A stretch of 61,999 bases of DNA, the filler included, from a bacterium (GTDB taxonomy: Bacteria; UBP15; UBA6099; JAJRTR01), in the NCBI GenBank assembly GCA_024278215.1. It is 5 parts of 5 records of this genome, joined end to end, with 100 filler letters (N's around TTAATTAATTAA, not from the genome) between each part and the next. Parts side by side here need not be neighbours in the genome. Positions count along the whole stretch, not along the records: positions 25,929 to 43,898 come from JAJRTR010000162.1; 4 more parts are not named here. One strand, 5' to 3'. The translations under genes were made by a program, and so were the position numbers. Positions 29,115 to 38,697 of this stretch are shown here, piece by piece (position 1 is the first letter of the stretch; each line of letters begins with the position of its first letter). The notes below the pieces were generated by a model. That model did not search any database. It was given only the letters and a program-made list of their open reading frames with translations, and had not been told where the DNA came from.

Positions 29115-30452
29115 ATGCAGAAAAGATTGTTTTCGCCAGTTACTTTTATATTTATGCTGGTTTTTGGTATTATCGGTTTTGTATCCCCTGCGGCGGCACA
29201 GTCGGCGGCTGGAGACCTGCCGGTAAGCGCGGGAGATACAGCCTTTATTATGATTTCGGCTGCACTCGTGCTGTTCATGACAGTGGGGCTGGCGTTTTTC
29301 TATGGTGGGCTTGTACGTCGCAAAAACGTACTGTCCATCCTGATGCAGTGTTTCTTCGCCATGGGAATTCTCTCCTTGCAATGGATATTTTTCGGCTACT
29401 CGCTGGCGTTCGGACCGGATGTCGGCGGTTTCATCGGCAACCTGGACTGGATAGGCCTTAAGGGAGTGGGAATAACGCCGAGCCCTGTCTATGCGTCCAC
29501 TGTTCCACATCTCGGTTTTATGATATTCCAGGGCATGTTCGCGGTAATAACGCCTGCGCTGATTATAGGAGCGTTTGCGGAGCGCATGAAGTTCAGCGCT
29601 TATGTGATATTCATCCTTCTATGGGTAACATTCGTGTATGAGCCGGTATGTCACTGGGTGTGGGGAGGCGGTTTCCTGGCAGCGGCGGGAACGATGGATT
29701 TCGCAGGCGGTATAGTCGTGCATATTACAGCAGGCATCGCGGGTCTTGTATGCGCAATAATGCTTGGAAAGCGGGCAGGCTATCCGGAACGGGGATTTCT
29801 GCCGCACAATCTTCCATTTGCCGTATTGGGGGCCGGTATACTGTGGTTCGGATGGTTCGGATTCAACGCGGGCAGCGCACTGGCGGCCAACGGAACAGCC
29901 GTCGTCGCATTTGTGGCCACAAACACAGCGGCGGCCTCCGCGGCCGTGGTATGGGCCTGCCTCGAGTGGGTCAGCAATGGCCGCAGACCTACTATGCTGG
30001 GTACCATAACCGGGTCCATCGCCGGCCTTGCGGCCGTCACTCCCGCCGCCGGTTTTGTCGGTCCTGTTTCCGCCGCACTCATCGGCATGATCTCCTCAAT
30101 AATCTGTTTTATCTTTGTCACGAAGTTGAAACCTGCGCTGGGCTACGACGACTCTCTGGACGTTTTCGGGGTTCACGGTGTCGGCGGTATATTCGGCAGC
30201 ATCGCGGTGGGGCTTTTCGCCTGCCTTGCAGTCAACGCCGGCGGCGCGAACGGCCTCTTCTTCGGCAGCGCGACACAACTGGTCATCCAGTTAAAAGCCG
30301 TAGCTATTACTATCGTATACTCTGTGATTGTTACTTCTGTTATACTTAAAGGTATTGATATCGTAGTAGGACTGAGAGTTGACAGAAAAGAAGAAAGTTT
30401 CGGCATAGACCTTACGCAGCACCACGAACGCGGCTACACGCTTTTTGACTGA
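29115..30452 (+). CDS. amtB: Ammonium transporter
   Basis: GLAFFYGGLVRRKN, FQGMFA, DFAGGIVVH, LWFGWFGFNAGS, DDSLDVFGVHGVGG. Confidence 0.97.
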   Translation: MQKRLFSPVTFIFMLVFGIIGFVSPAAAQSAAGDLPVSAGDTAFIMISAALVLFMTVGLAFFYGGLVRRKNVLSILMQCFFAMGILSLQWIFFGYSLAFGPDVGGFIGNLDWIGLKGVGITPSPVYASTVPHLGFMIFQGMFAVITPALIIGAFAERMKFSAYVIFILLWVTFVYEPVCHWVWGGGFLAAAGTMDFAGGIVVHITAGIAGLVCAIMLGKRAGYPERGFLPHNLPFAVLGAGILWFGWFGFNAGSALAANGTAVVAFVATNTAAASAAVVWACLEWVSNGRRPTMLGTITGSIAGLAAVTPAAGFVGPVSAALIGMISSIICFIFVTKLKPALGYDDSLDVFGVHGVGGIFGSIAVGLFACLAVNAGGANGLFFGSATQLVIQLKAVAITIVYSVIVTSVILKGIDIVVGLRVDRKEESFGIDLTQHHERGYTLFD

Positions 30453-30701
30453 TGTCCGAATTGATGAACTGCCCCGAGCAGCGGCGCAAGGCATTCTTTT
30501 CGAATGAATCCCGGACTGAATGAAGTCCGAGATAGCAAAAGACGTGAGACAACTTCTGAAGAAGTTTTCTCACACTCTTTCAAAACTTTTTGTCGAGAAG
30601 CGCAAAAAGAGCGCTTCTCTCGCTGATGGGGCTTTCTTACCGCTAATTACCCCGGACTGAAGTCCGGAGAGAATTCTTTTCGATTAAAAGGAGTTGGAAC
30701 A

Positions 30702-31043
30702 ATGAAATACATTACAGCAATCATACAGCCGGACAAGTTGCAGGCGGTACGCAAGAACCTGATCGCGAAAGGCATCAATCTCATGACCGTATCCGAAGTT
30801 ATCGGACACGGCAGGCAGCAGGGAATCACCCAGGTCTTCAGGGGCCACAAGGAAGCCGGCCATTTCCTGCGCAAAGTCAAGGTCGAGATCGCCGTCAACG
30901 ACGAGTTCATGGAACCGGCTGTCGAAGCCATTATCGAAGCGGCGAATACCGGTCAACCCGGCGACGGGAAGATTTTCGTCACGGAACTGCTTCACACATA
31001 CAGGATCGGAACTCGCGAGACGGGCAACGCGGCTATAGGGTAA
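30702..31043 (+). CDS. glnK: P-II family nitrogen regulator
   Basis: AIIQPDKL, GHGRQQG T-loop, KVKVEIAV, GDGKIFV; follows amtB. Confidence 0.9.
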   Translation: MKYITAIIQPDKLQAVRKNLIAKGINLMTVSEVIGHGRQQGITQVFRGHKEAGHFLRKVKVEIAVNDEFMEPAVEAIIEAANTGQPGDGKIFVTELLHTYRIGTRETGNAAIG

Positions 31044-31096
31044 GCTTCTCCTGCCGTTTTTGACGATATTCAACGCTTGACGCTTGACGCGTCCTT

Positions 31097-31307
31097 ATGT
31101 TGTTTCACGATTTCATATACGCAATTCCTATTGATAACCGCTATAATCACCTCCGCCATCCGGTGCGGCTGATTTCTGTTATCGCGCAGCCTTTCGTTTT
31201 GTATGATCACCCGGCCCTGGAAACAGACAGTCACGGGAATGCGGGAATACAACCGAAAAACACCGCCGCAATACCGGGCGGCGTTCTTGAATTTTCGATG
31301 GAAACGC
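31097..31307 (+). repeat. Repeat family B copy (empty MITE target allele), preceded by the 47-bp repeat
   Basis: 31144-31307 nearly identical to 35648-35994 once the MITE is removed. Confidence 0.9.
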
Positions 31308-31419
31308 AAAGCAATGGTAACTTGCAGTTGAGGTGGATGAGTGATGACTATAAAATATTTGGAAACATGCAGAGTTGCATAGGTAGATACCGAACACGGA
31401 TTTCTGTTCAACCCCGCAT

Positions 31420-33669
31420 TTATCTTACATAGCGAAATACGCCCGCGCCCTGGGTTGCAACGTAAATGACATCTTTAGACAGGGCGATATCACGAACGGA
31501 TTTGTTTTCCAGACCTGTCATGGAACTGTCCGGGAACGCGGACCATGTGCTGCCCCCGTCCGTCGACCTGTAAATCCCTGAGTACAAATCTGCCGCAAAA
31601 ACAGTGCTTGTGCTTTCTGGATCAATGGCGATTGTCATGATATATGGATTCCCGCTGCTGAACCCCGTGTTGTTCGGGCCAGTCCAGGATGTGCCCCCAT
31701 CCGTACTTACGTGAACTCCATTATAAGCCTCGCCGACTATGATAACGGGTGTGGAACCTGAGAAGTCGATATCAAGTGCAATTAGCTGTTTCTGTCCCAG
31801 AGCTGAATTGCGGGTCCAGTTTGCCCCCGAGTTAGTTGTTTTGTACAGGCCGTCGAGAGTGGCTGCCCAAGCCGTGGTGGAGTCGGAAGAGTGAGGAATT
31901 ATTTTTACTATGCTGACACCATCCATTTCCGTGCTGGTTTTTGTGAACGATGCGCCACCGTCTGTAGAAAGATAAAGCACAGAACTTCCTGTTGGAGCTT
32001 CAGCCAGAAAATCGACAGGATAAAGTGGAGGCATGCAAAGACCTGCGTATACGATATTGGAATTTGCGGGTGAAGCCGCTATGGTACAAAGACCATTGGG
32101 AGAATCCGGGTCATCAAGTACTTTTGAGAAGCTGCTCCCGCCATTAGTACTTCGAAAAGCCATGACTACATTCTCTCTACCTACAAGGACCGCACTGGAA
32201 TTCGATGGGAGAGTCGTAATCGCGGCGTCTTCAGTGGAGCTCGCTTCAGTCCAGTTTGCGATGCCGCTCCAGGTGCTTGCGTAGTCCGTGCTTTTATACG
32301 GTCCGTTGCGGCTTGCAACATACACAGTGGAGCTGTTGTAATCAGGCACGTAAACATCGTAAACAATAAGACCTGTAAATCCTTTGCTCCAGGTTACCCA
32401 CGTCTGCCCGCCGTCGGTGCTCTTGAAAACACCTCCACCATAACTGTTAATGTAAACTGTGTCGTTATCGTCGGGGTCTATAGTCATGTCAATAGGAAAA
32501 CCGCCTATTACATAGCCTGTTGCTCCCCAGTGAGCCACTGTTGGAAGAGTATATTTGATAAAAGTGTTTCCGCCGTCTGTACTGCGGTAAATAGCTCCTG
32601 CACTTCCCGCGTAAACGATATTTGAATTGGAAGAACTGACCCTGACGGTGATCATATGGTCGTCTGTGATAACCTCTGTCCAGTTGGCGCCGCCGTCGGT
32701 TGTTTTATATAGGCCGCCCACAGCGTTGGGGCACTCTGCCAGACCCGCTGCCGCGTACAGTACCTGATTGTTATTCGGGTCCATTCGCAGGCTGCCCACA
32801 TACAAGCCTGAAAGTCCGTTGTTAATCTGGTTCCAGGTGACGCCTCCATCCGTGCTTTTGATTACTCCCACGCCGCCCGGCACTCCGCCGTTGCAATTAG
32901 AGTTATATGCCTCCCGGTCAAAGATCCCGGTTGACACGTACAGTGTGTTGTGGTCCTGCGGGTCGATTATCAGGTACCGTGCCAGATTGTCGCCTTCCCA
33001 AATTTCCGTCCAGTTGTCGCCGCTGTCGGTTGTTTTGTACACCCTGCCTTTTACCTTGTCGAAAACCATTCCCTCTTCTCCCACATTCACCTCGGCCTGG
33101 GCATAAACCAGGTTCGAATTGCCAGGCTCTATAGTAAATCCGCGAAAGGTCAAAAATTTATCTCCCGCTTCGAGAGAAATACCATTGATTTTTTTCGTCC
33201 AGGTCTGGCCGCCATCGGTACTCTTATAAATACCGAATTCCTTGGCTCCAGTCATATCGAGAGAAGCGTCCGTACCCACCCATACCGTATTCGGATCGTT
33301 GGGGTCAATGGTAAGCGAAAATATGGGGACGGCATCGCTTGTGGGACCATAGTCCAGGTCAATTCCCGTGTTCGACTTTGACCAGTTGGCACCTCCGTCT
33401 GTGCTCCGGCCGATACCCGCATAATTATCGGTAACGAACATTACACTCTTGTTCGTGGGATGTATGCGTACATCGTAGCCCAAACCGCCAATGGGGCCGC
33501 CTGTGGATTCCCACTGTCCGGTTTTCGTCAAACTTGTGTCGTCCGTTGATGGAGTCACAACTGTTGCGTTGCCTCCCCCTCCGCAGCCTGCAATATAAAC
33601 TGATGTAATGACCAGAGCAGATAACGTGGCTGCAAAAAAACCTGCAATAATTCTTGTTCTCTGTTTCAT
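31420..33669 (-). CDS. Lipoprotein with BNR/Asp-box (VPS10/GH74-like) beta-propeller repeats
   Basis: Lipobox IAGC; many S/T-T-D-G-G-x-T/S-W Asp-boxes. Confidence 0.85.
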   Translation of the reverse strand: MKQRTRIIAGFFAATLSALVITSVYIAGCGGGGNATVVTPSTDDTSLTKTGQWESTGGPIGGLGYDVRIHPTNKSVMFVTDNYAGIGRSTDGGANWSKSNTGIDLDYGPTSDAVPIFSLTIDPNDPNTVWVGTDASLDMTGAKEFGIYKSTDGGQTWTKKINGISLEAGDKFLTFRGFTIEPGNSNLVYAQAEVNVGEEGMVFDKVKGRVYKTTDSGDNWTEIWEGDNLARYLIIDPQDHNTLYVSTGIFDREAYNSNCNGGVPGGVGVIKSTDGGVTWNQINNGLSGLYVGSLRMDPNNNQVLYAAAGLAECPNAVGGLYKTTDGGANWTEVITDDHMITVRVSSSNSNIVYAGSAGAIYRSTDGGNTFIKYTLPTVAHWGATGYVIGGFPIDMTIDPDDNDTVYINSYGGGVFKSTDGGQTWVTWSKGFTGLIVYDVYVPDYNSSTVYVASRNGPYKSTDYASTWSGIANWTEASSTEDAAITTLPSNSSAVLVGRENVVMAFRSTNGGSSFSKVLDDPDSPNGLCTIAASPANSNIVYAGLCMPPLYPVDFLAEAPTGSSVLYLSTDGGASFTKTSTEMDGVSIVKIIPHSSDSTTAWAATLDGLYKTTNSGANWTRNSALGQKQLIALDIDFSGSTPVIIVGEAYNGVHVSTDGGTSWTGPNNTGFSSGNPYIMTIAIDPESTSTVFAADLYSGIYRSTDGGSTWSAFPDSSMTGLENKSVRDIALSKDVIYVATQGAGVFRYVR

Positions 33670-35312
33670 TGGAAATCATTCCTTTCAACATATATCCGCT
33701 CACGGCTGAGTTCCAGATCCGGGATTTGCATATCCATAATGTTCTGCCAACTTTTATATGTCCTACGATATATCAGACAATTTTCAATTATAACGGGAAA
33801 TCGGTTCTCCTTCAAATCGTCAAACACATAAATTGAAGTGTCCACCCCGTCCGCGGGGATTCTGTTGTCGTAATCAATAATCGCCGGCCGCCAGTATGGA
33901 GCGGGATAAACTTGCGAAAAATGGCGAACGCGGCGAGGTCCAGGATAGGGAGGAATGTCCTTGAATATTTTTGCAAAGCCTTTTCCAGGAAGGCCTGCGT
34001 AATTCCCTTCCGCGATGTCGCCCTCGCCACCCCATTTCGGTACGGTCTCGCCTTCGACAAAAGTCAGTGGATTGCCATTTTTATCTATAGCATTCACCAG
34101 AAGAATCATATTCCGCATCGGGCTGCCCGTGGGGTAATGGTGCCCGGCTCCGGTGTTCCTGATCGCAACTGTCACCTTCAGGGTTTCACCATCCATCTCT
34201 CCCTTTGCATCAAGTTCGATTGTTTCCCTCATGAAATCTTCGTGTCTGACACCGAGTTGGAGATGCGATGGAATGCTCATCGGGTCCCTCGATATTCCCC
34301 CTGATTCAGGCGTGGTAAAATACTCCATTTTCCCTGTCGCCGGCATGTGGCAGTTCTGGCACGTAATATTCCGTCTGGCATACGAGCTTTGTTCCCATTC
34401 ACTGTATTCAGAATACACGAGATTATCCCAGAATTTCACGTTGTGGCACGGTGCGCAGTAAGAACTCTCCTTGTACTCAGGGTTGCCGGAACTCCTTTTG
34501 ACCGAAGTGATGTCATCGTAGGGGCCGTAGAACACTTGGAAGCCTTCCTCGGGCCGAAGAAATTCATAAGACAGAATCCCGGGGAATCCTCCCGTATTGT
34601 CGACACTCGCGCTCTTAATCTTGTGGCAGAAGTCGCAGAAAACTCCTTCGGAGGGCACTCCTGTCACATCGCTCGGATCAACATCAAAAGGATTGACCAT
34701 AGCTGCGGCGGGAACATGGCACGCGGCGCAGTTGCCGTTCGAATTTGGGAAATCATACTTGTATCCGATTCCCTTCCCATCCGGTCCTTTCCTGCCGTTG
34801 AAAAACGCCAGGAAAACCGGATTCTTCGCTGCCTGCGCGTGGGCGTTTTGCGCCCATTCTGAAACGATCTCCGGATGGCACTTCTCGCATGGTTTAACAT
34901 CCTTGAAATTTTCCCTGAGATACGAGTCGTCTCCTTTGGAAAATGATGTGATCCATCTATATTGCGGGTTGTCTTTCGTGACTATCGGCTTTAATTCGAT
35001 ACGGTATTCCTTTTCTCCGGGCGATAACGGAGTGCCCCAGTTGTAGTAGCCGGTCTTCCATGCGGTGATATTTTCCGATTTGATATCTTCATCAACATGT
35101 AGATAGAAACGCCCTTTTGAATCCGTATATCCCAAAAACGCCGTTCCCTGAAGGCGAACCGTGGCGCCTTCTATTGGTCGGCCAACATCATCTATAACAA
35201 CTCCCAAAAACCGAACCGAAGAACCGCCTGTTTTCAGCAGTAGCAAATGGACCCAAGATAAAATAAAAACAAGCGTGATAAAAACCAACAATTTTAAGAT
35301 TTTGCGGCGCAT
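33666..35312 (-). CDS. Pentaheme cytochrome c with N-terminal carboxypeptidase-regulatory-like domain
   Basis: Five CxxCH motifs (CEKCH, CAACH, CDFCH, CAPCH, CQNCH); N-terminal TM; GRPIEGATV; GAGHHYPTG; ATGA overlap with next gene. Confidence 0.87.
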   Translation of the reverse strand: MRRKILKLLVFITLVFILSWVHLLLLKTGGSSVRFLGVVIDDVGRPIEGATVRLQGTAFLGYTDSKGRFYLHVDEDIKSENITAWKTGYYNWGTPLSPGEKEYRIELKPIVTKDNPQYRWITSFSKGDDSYLRENFKDVKPCEKCHPEIVSEWAQNAHAQAAKNPVFLAFFNGRKGPDGKGIGYKYDFPNSNGNCAACHVPAAAMVNPFDVDPSDVTGVPSEGVFCDFCHKIKSASVDNTGGFPGILSYEFLRPEEGFQVFYGPYDDITSVKRSSGNPEYKESSYCAPCHNVKFWDNLVYSEYSEWEQSSYARRNITCQNCHMPATGKMEYFTTPESGGISRDPMSIPSHLQLGVRHEDFMRETIELDAKGEMDGETLKVTVAIRNTGAGHHYPTGSPMRNMILLVNAIDKNGNPLTFVEGETVPKWGGEGDIAEGNYAGLPGKGFAKIFKDIPPYPGPRRVRHFSQVYPAPYWRPAIIDYDNRIPADGVDTSIYVFDDLKENRFPVIIENCLIYRRTYKSWQNIMDMQIPDLELSRERIYVERNDFQ

Positions 35313-35630
35313 AGAATTTTTATCCGAATTCTTTATTGAGCGAATTCCTCGGACTTCAGTCCGGGGAGAGTTCAATTCTCATATTTTACTGGTTTGTACG
35401 ATTTCTGAATATATCTTCAGAATCGCACGTTTCCATCCCTGCTTATTACTACGCAATGGGATAAATATAAATTGCGAGTTGAACTTTAAATTATGAGTGT
35501 GATTGTGATCACAGCACACCCATTGAATCGCTCATCATCTGTCATCCAAAACAAGAAACATGATTTCTATAAAAAAGCCGGGTAACATTAACTAAATTCA
35601 GTCAAATCAAAATTGCTGCTTAGTTATGCC

Positions 35631-36299
35631 TTACGTAACAAGGCGGGTAATCGCCTCCGCCATCCGGTGCGGATGATTTCTGTTATCGCGCAGCCTTTCG
35701 TTTTGTATGATCACCCGGCCCTGGAAACAGGCAGTCACGGGAATGCGGGAATACAACCGGGGCAATTGCAAAATTCCGGTGCGGCTGCGGTCGGCTGCAA
35801 TTGTCAACAGATGTGTTGTCGGCGCAAAATCGTCCTCGACGTGCTCTGCAAATACGCCTGCGGGGATATTGCACCTACGCCTAGCTTCAGACCAATTTCG
35901 CTCGACCTCGCTACGAACATAATTTTGCAACTGGCTCAACCGAAAAACACCGCTGCAATACCGGGCGGCGTTCTTGAATTTTCGATGGAAACGCTTAATG
36001 AAAAGCGTCAGGCCGTGGAAAAGTTCAAATACTGCGTTTGTTCGAGGAAACATGCAGAAGCGGAAACAAACTAAAGCACCTCGGAATTCGTCGACAGTTA
36101 TACCGAAGTCCGAAATAATCGCTGCAAGAGTTTTCCTTTTAATATCTCTGCTGGGATGAACAGGTATGACAACCCGCCGCCTGTCGGATTTTCTCTTATA
36201 AATGGCATGGCTTGTCCCGGCCTGTCGCGAGTACTCAAAGCCCAGCTTTACTGCCACGCGGGTGACATCCTTTGAGGTTGCCGTGGGGAAACGCGGCAC
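35631..36299 (-). CDS. hicA: HicA-family toxin; HicA domain about 36070-36299, frame reads through into repeats
   Basis: KLGFEYSRQAGTSHAIY...VVIPVH...KTLAAIISDFGITVDEF; no in-frame stop after the domain. Confidence 0.8.
   Translation of the reverse strand: MPRFPTATSKDVTRVAVKLGFEYSRQAGTSHAIYKRKSDRRRVVIPVHPSRDIKRKTLAAIISDFGITVDEFRGALVCFRFCMFPRTNAVFELFHGLTLFIKRFHRKFKNAARYCSGVFRLSQLQNYVRSEVERNWSEARRRCNIPAGVFAEHVEDDFAPTTHLLTIAADRSRTGILQLPRLYSRIPVTACFQGRVIIQNERLRDNRNHPHRMAEAITRLVT
35648..35994 (+). repeat. Repeat family B copy interrupted by MITE
   Basis: Matches 31144-31307 on both sides of the insertion. Confidence 0.9.
35759..35937 (+). mobile_element. MITE family A, copy 6
   Basis: Flanked by AACC duplication; the homologous site at 31251-31254 has one AACC. 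Confidence 0.92.
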
Positions 36300-36526
36300 T
36301 AAACTGCGACCTTAACAGTAGTAATGGAAATCTCACCGTAGTGTACTTCATCTCCGTCGTAACGATAATCTTCGATCATCGCCTGAATCGCAGCCTTAAG
36401 TTCTGACAAGGTTTCCTCGTACGTTTCGCCCTGCACGTGACACCCTGGCAATGCCGGGCACGTGGCGAAATATCCGCCCTCCTCGCAAGGTTCAATCACC
36501 ACAGTAAAGGAATGTTCTTTTTTCAT
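36299..36526 (-). CDS. hicB: HicB-family antitoxin (short form)
   Basis: FTVVIEPCEEGGYFATCPALPGCHVQGETYEE; stop overlaps hicA GTG. Confidence 0.9.
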   Translation of the reverse strand: MKKEHSFTVVIEPCEEGGYFATCPALPGCHVQGETYEETLSELKAAIQAMIEDYRYDGDEVHYGEISITTVKVAV

Positions 36527-36779
36527 GTGAAGCCTCCGCGAATATAGATACCCTGTCCTCCCAATTATTATTTTACTTCAATCCGGTGCTTCTTTCCAGC
36601 GCTCCCAGGATATGTAAATGATGCGGCGATGCTTGAAACATGTAAACATAGTCCTGAAAAACAGTGCCTGTGTCGGAAAACATGCCTGCGAGAAAATTCC
36701 GTATGGCGTCCCCGGAATCTTCAAAAACGCCGTTGCAATACCGGGTGGCGCTCTTGGTTTTTAGTAGCCAGTTTTAAGT

Positions 36780-37262
36780 TATAGTTGATGACTAGCAGGA
36801 CATCGTGCACCCTGATGCGCATTGAACCTTGAAAACAAAATATCGTTCGTAGAACATTCTTCTCCAAAAGACCTGCTATCAGGAGTCAATAGTTGAGCAA
36901 AATAAGTGAACATCACAACACCTCAAGGGCGATAGGGCCGGTTGTCGGTCATGATGCGCCAGATGATATGGCACAGTTTGGCGGCCACGGCTGTGGCGGC
37001 GGCGTTGAAGTGTTTGCCCTCAGAGATTTTCTTTACCGACATCCATCAGCTTCAAGTTCGTATTGACGGTAAACTCTTCGAGGCTTTTGAATATTCGATC
37101 CCTTTCGAGTACGAACGATATTAAATTTTCAAGGTGCACGATGTGCTGCTAGTTCGGCGCCCCCATGGGGGCGGGCCTCTACGAGGCCCATAGTGCACGA
37201 TCTCCTGCAAGTTGTTTTTAGCAGTTTGGGTTACCGATGTCCTGCTAGCCAGCATATAGTTG
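36780..37262 (-). mobile_element. Internally deleted IS110-family element remnant
   Basis: 36923-37033 (-) encodes KKISEGKHFNAAATAVAAKLCHIIWRIMTDNRPYRP*, like IS110 transposase C-termini; TATAGTTG direct repeats at 36780 and 37255; ends approximate. Confidence 0.65.
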
Positions 37263-37368
37263 GCAAGGAGTTGTAATTTCTGTGAAAAGTGGGGTAAATA
37301 TGCAGAGGGGCTTGCATCTGTGGTATTATTGCAGAAGTTACACAAAAGAAAGTGCATAAAGAAACAGT

Positions 37369-38253
37369 ATGGACAATGACATGATGAGAAGAATGAAATG
37401 GATATTAGTAGTTTCAATATTGGGAATGGTCGAAATTTCCGTATCATCTGCTTTTGTCAACGCAGCAAGTGGTGTCAGGGGCATGATTGTTGCTGACAAT
37501 GTGCGAATCAGGGAAGAGCCGAACACCAAGTCAGAGATTTTAGCCGTAATGAAATGGGGAGATATTGTAGATATTCACAGTATTCAGAATGATTGGGCAA
37601 AAATCTGCTGGTATAGATTAGACGGAAATGATGAAATCGTATGTGGATGGATATATGCAGCATTCTTTGACCCATGCCACAAACATTTTAGGAAGATAGA
37701 GCCACAGATTGAAAAGGGAATAGCCAAATACAAATCTTGCATTCAACCATCTGAAGAAAAGAAAGAGGAAATAAAAAACTTTTTGCGAAGATTCAAAACA
37801 GCTTACATCGAAAAGGATTATGTATTTTTTAAAAAGCACTCTGCCGAAAGTATTTTAGATAACTATGGAAAATGTGAGCGCCATAGCAGAGAAGAGAGAC
37901 CCGTTAGTAAATACGCATTTGAACATGAAAGTCTTGGCGATCTTCCCATAAAGATCATATCCGAAGGATGTACGGATTTACCAAAGTCATCATACTGTAA
38001 AATTTATGAGCTATCAGATTACTTAGATGACAATAATTTCTTTATAGAAACTCCTGATTTAACTAATGATATGACTCAACTTCATAAATATAGTAGTGGG
38101 GATTGTACTGTTATTTATGGCACTGATTGGATAAGAGTGGTCAGTTATGGATATGAACAAGAGTCATATTGCGGCATTAGATCCTCAGTGTATTTTCGAA
38201 AGATAGACGACACTTGGAAACTCATAAGGGTAGATATATACGGTCCATGTTAG
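37369..38253 (+). CDS. Exported SH3b-domain protein, AT-rich gene
   Basis: Signal peptide; NVRIREEPNTKSEILAVMKWGDIV...WAKI...GWI; visibly lower GC than core genes. Confidence 0.75.
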   Translation: MDNDMMRRMKWILVVSILGMVEISVSSAFVNAASGVRGMIVADNVRIREEPNTKSEILAVMKWGDIVDIHSIQNDWAKICWYRLDGNDEIVCGWIYAAFFDPCHKHFRKIEPQIEKGIAKYKSCIQPSEEKKEEIKNFLRRFKTAYIEKDYVFFKKHSAESILDNYGKCERHSREERPVSKYAFEHESLGDLPIKIISEGCTDLPKSSYCKIYELSDYLDDNNFFIETPDLTNDMTQLHKYSSGDCTVIYGTDWIRVVSYGYEQESYCGIRSSVYFRKIDDTWKLIRVDIYGPC

Positions 38254-38417
38254 AATAAATTCGATTGTTGTATACATGAATTGCAAAAATCCTTAATACA
38301 ATTCAGCATAATAGAGAGTGAATCCCACTCGATTTCTGCAAAACAGCCATGAAACATGCAGTAACTCGCTACTGCATGTTACAGGCGTTGCGCCGACTCT
38401 TTGCCAACACCTACGAG

Positions 38418-38457
38418 TAATCGCCTCCGCCATCCGGTGCGGCTGATTTCTGTTATT
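38418..38457 (+). repeat. Repeat family B, 5' fragment
   Basis: TAATCGCCTCCGCCATCCGGTGCGGCTGATTTCTGTTAT. Confidence 0.8.
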
Positions 38458-38697
38458 CCCCCGACTTCCAATCTTATATATGATCCGGGAACGGGCAATC
38501 ATCCGCACACCCGCACAATCTTACAGACTCACCACATGAGTGCTCTCATCTGAACCTGACTTCGATAATATGTCGGCCCAAACCTGTCAGATGTCTGCAC
38601 AGGCGCAATTGGAACATCCGGCCTGCACAGATTTTATCGACTGGACAGATTGAATGGAGGACGACATGAATATCAGGGTGAAATTCGGAAAGAATCC

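Noticed and set aside
31097-38457. CRISPR array or true integron
   Set aside because: No regularly spaced short repeats, cas genes, integrase or clear attC boxes
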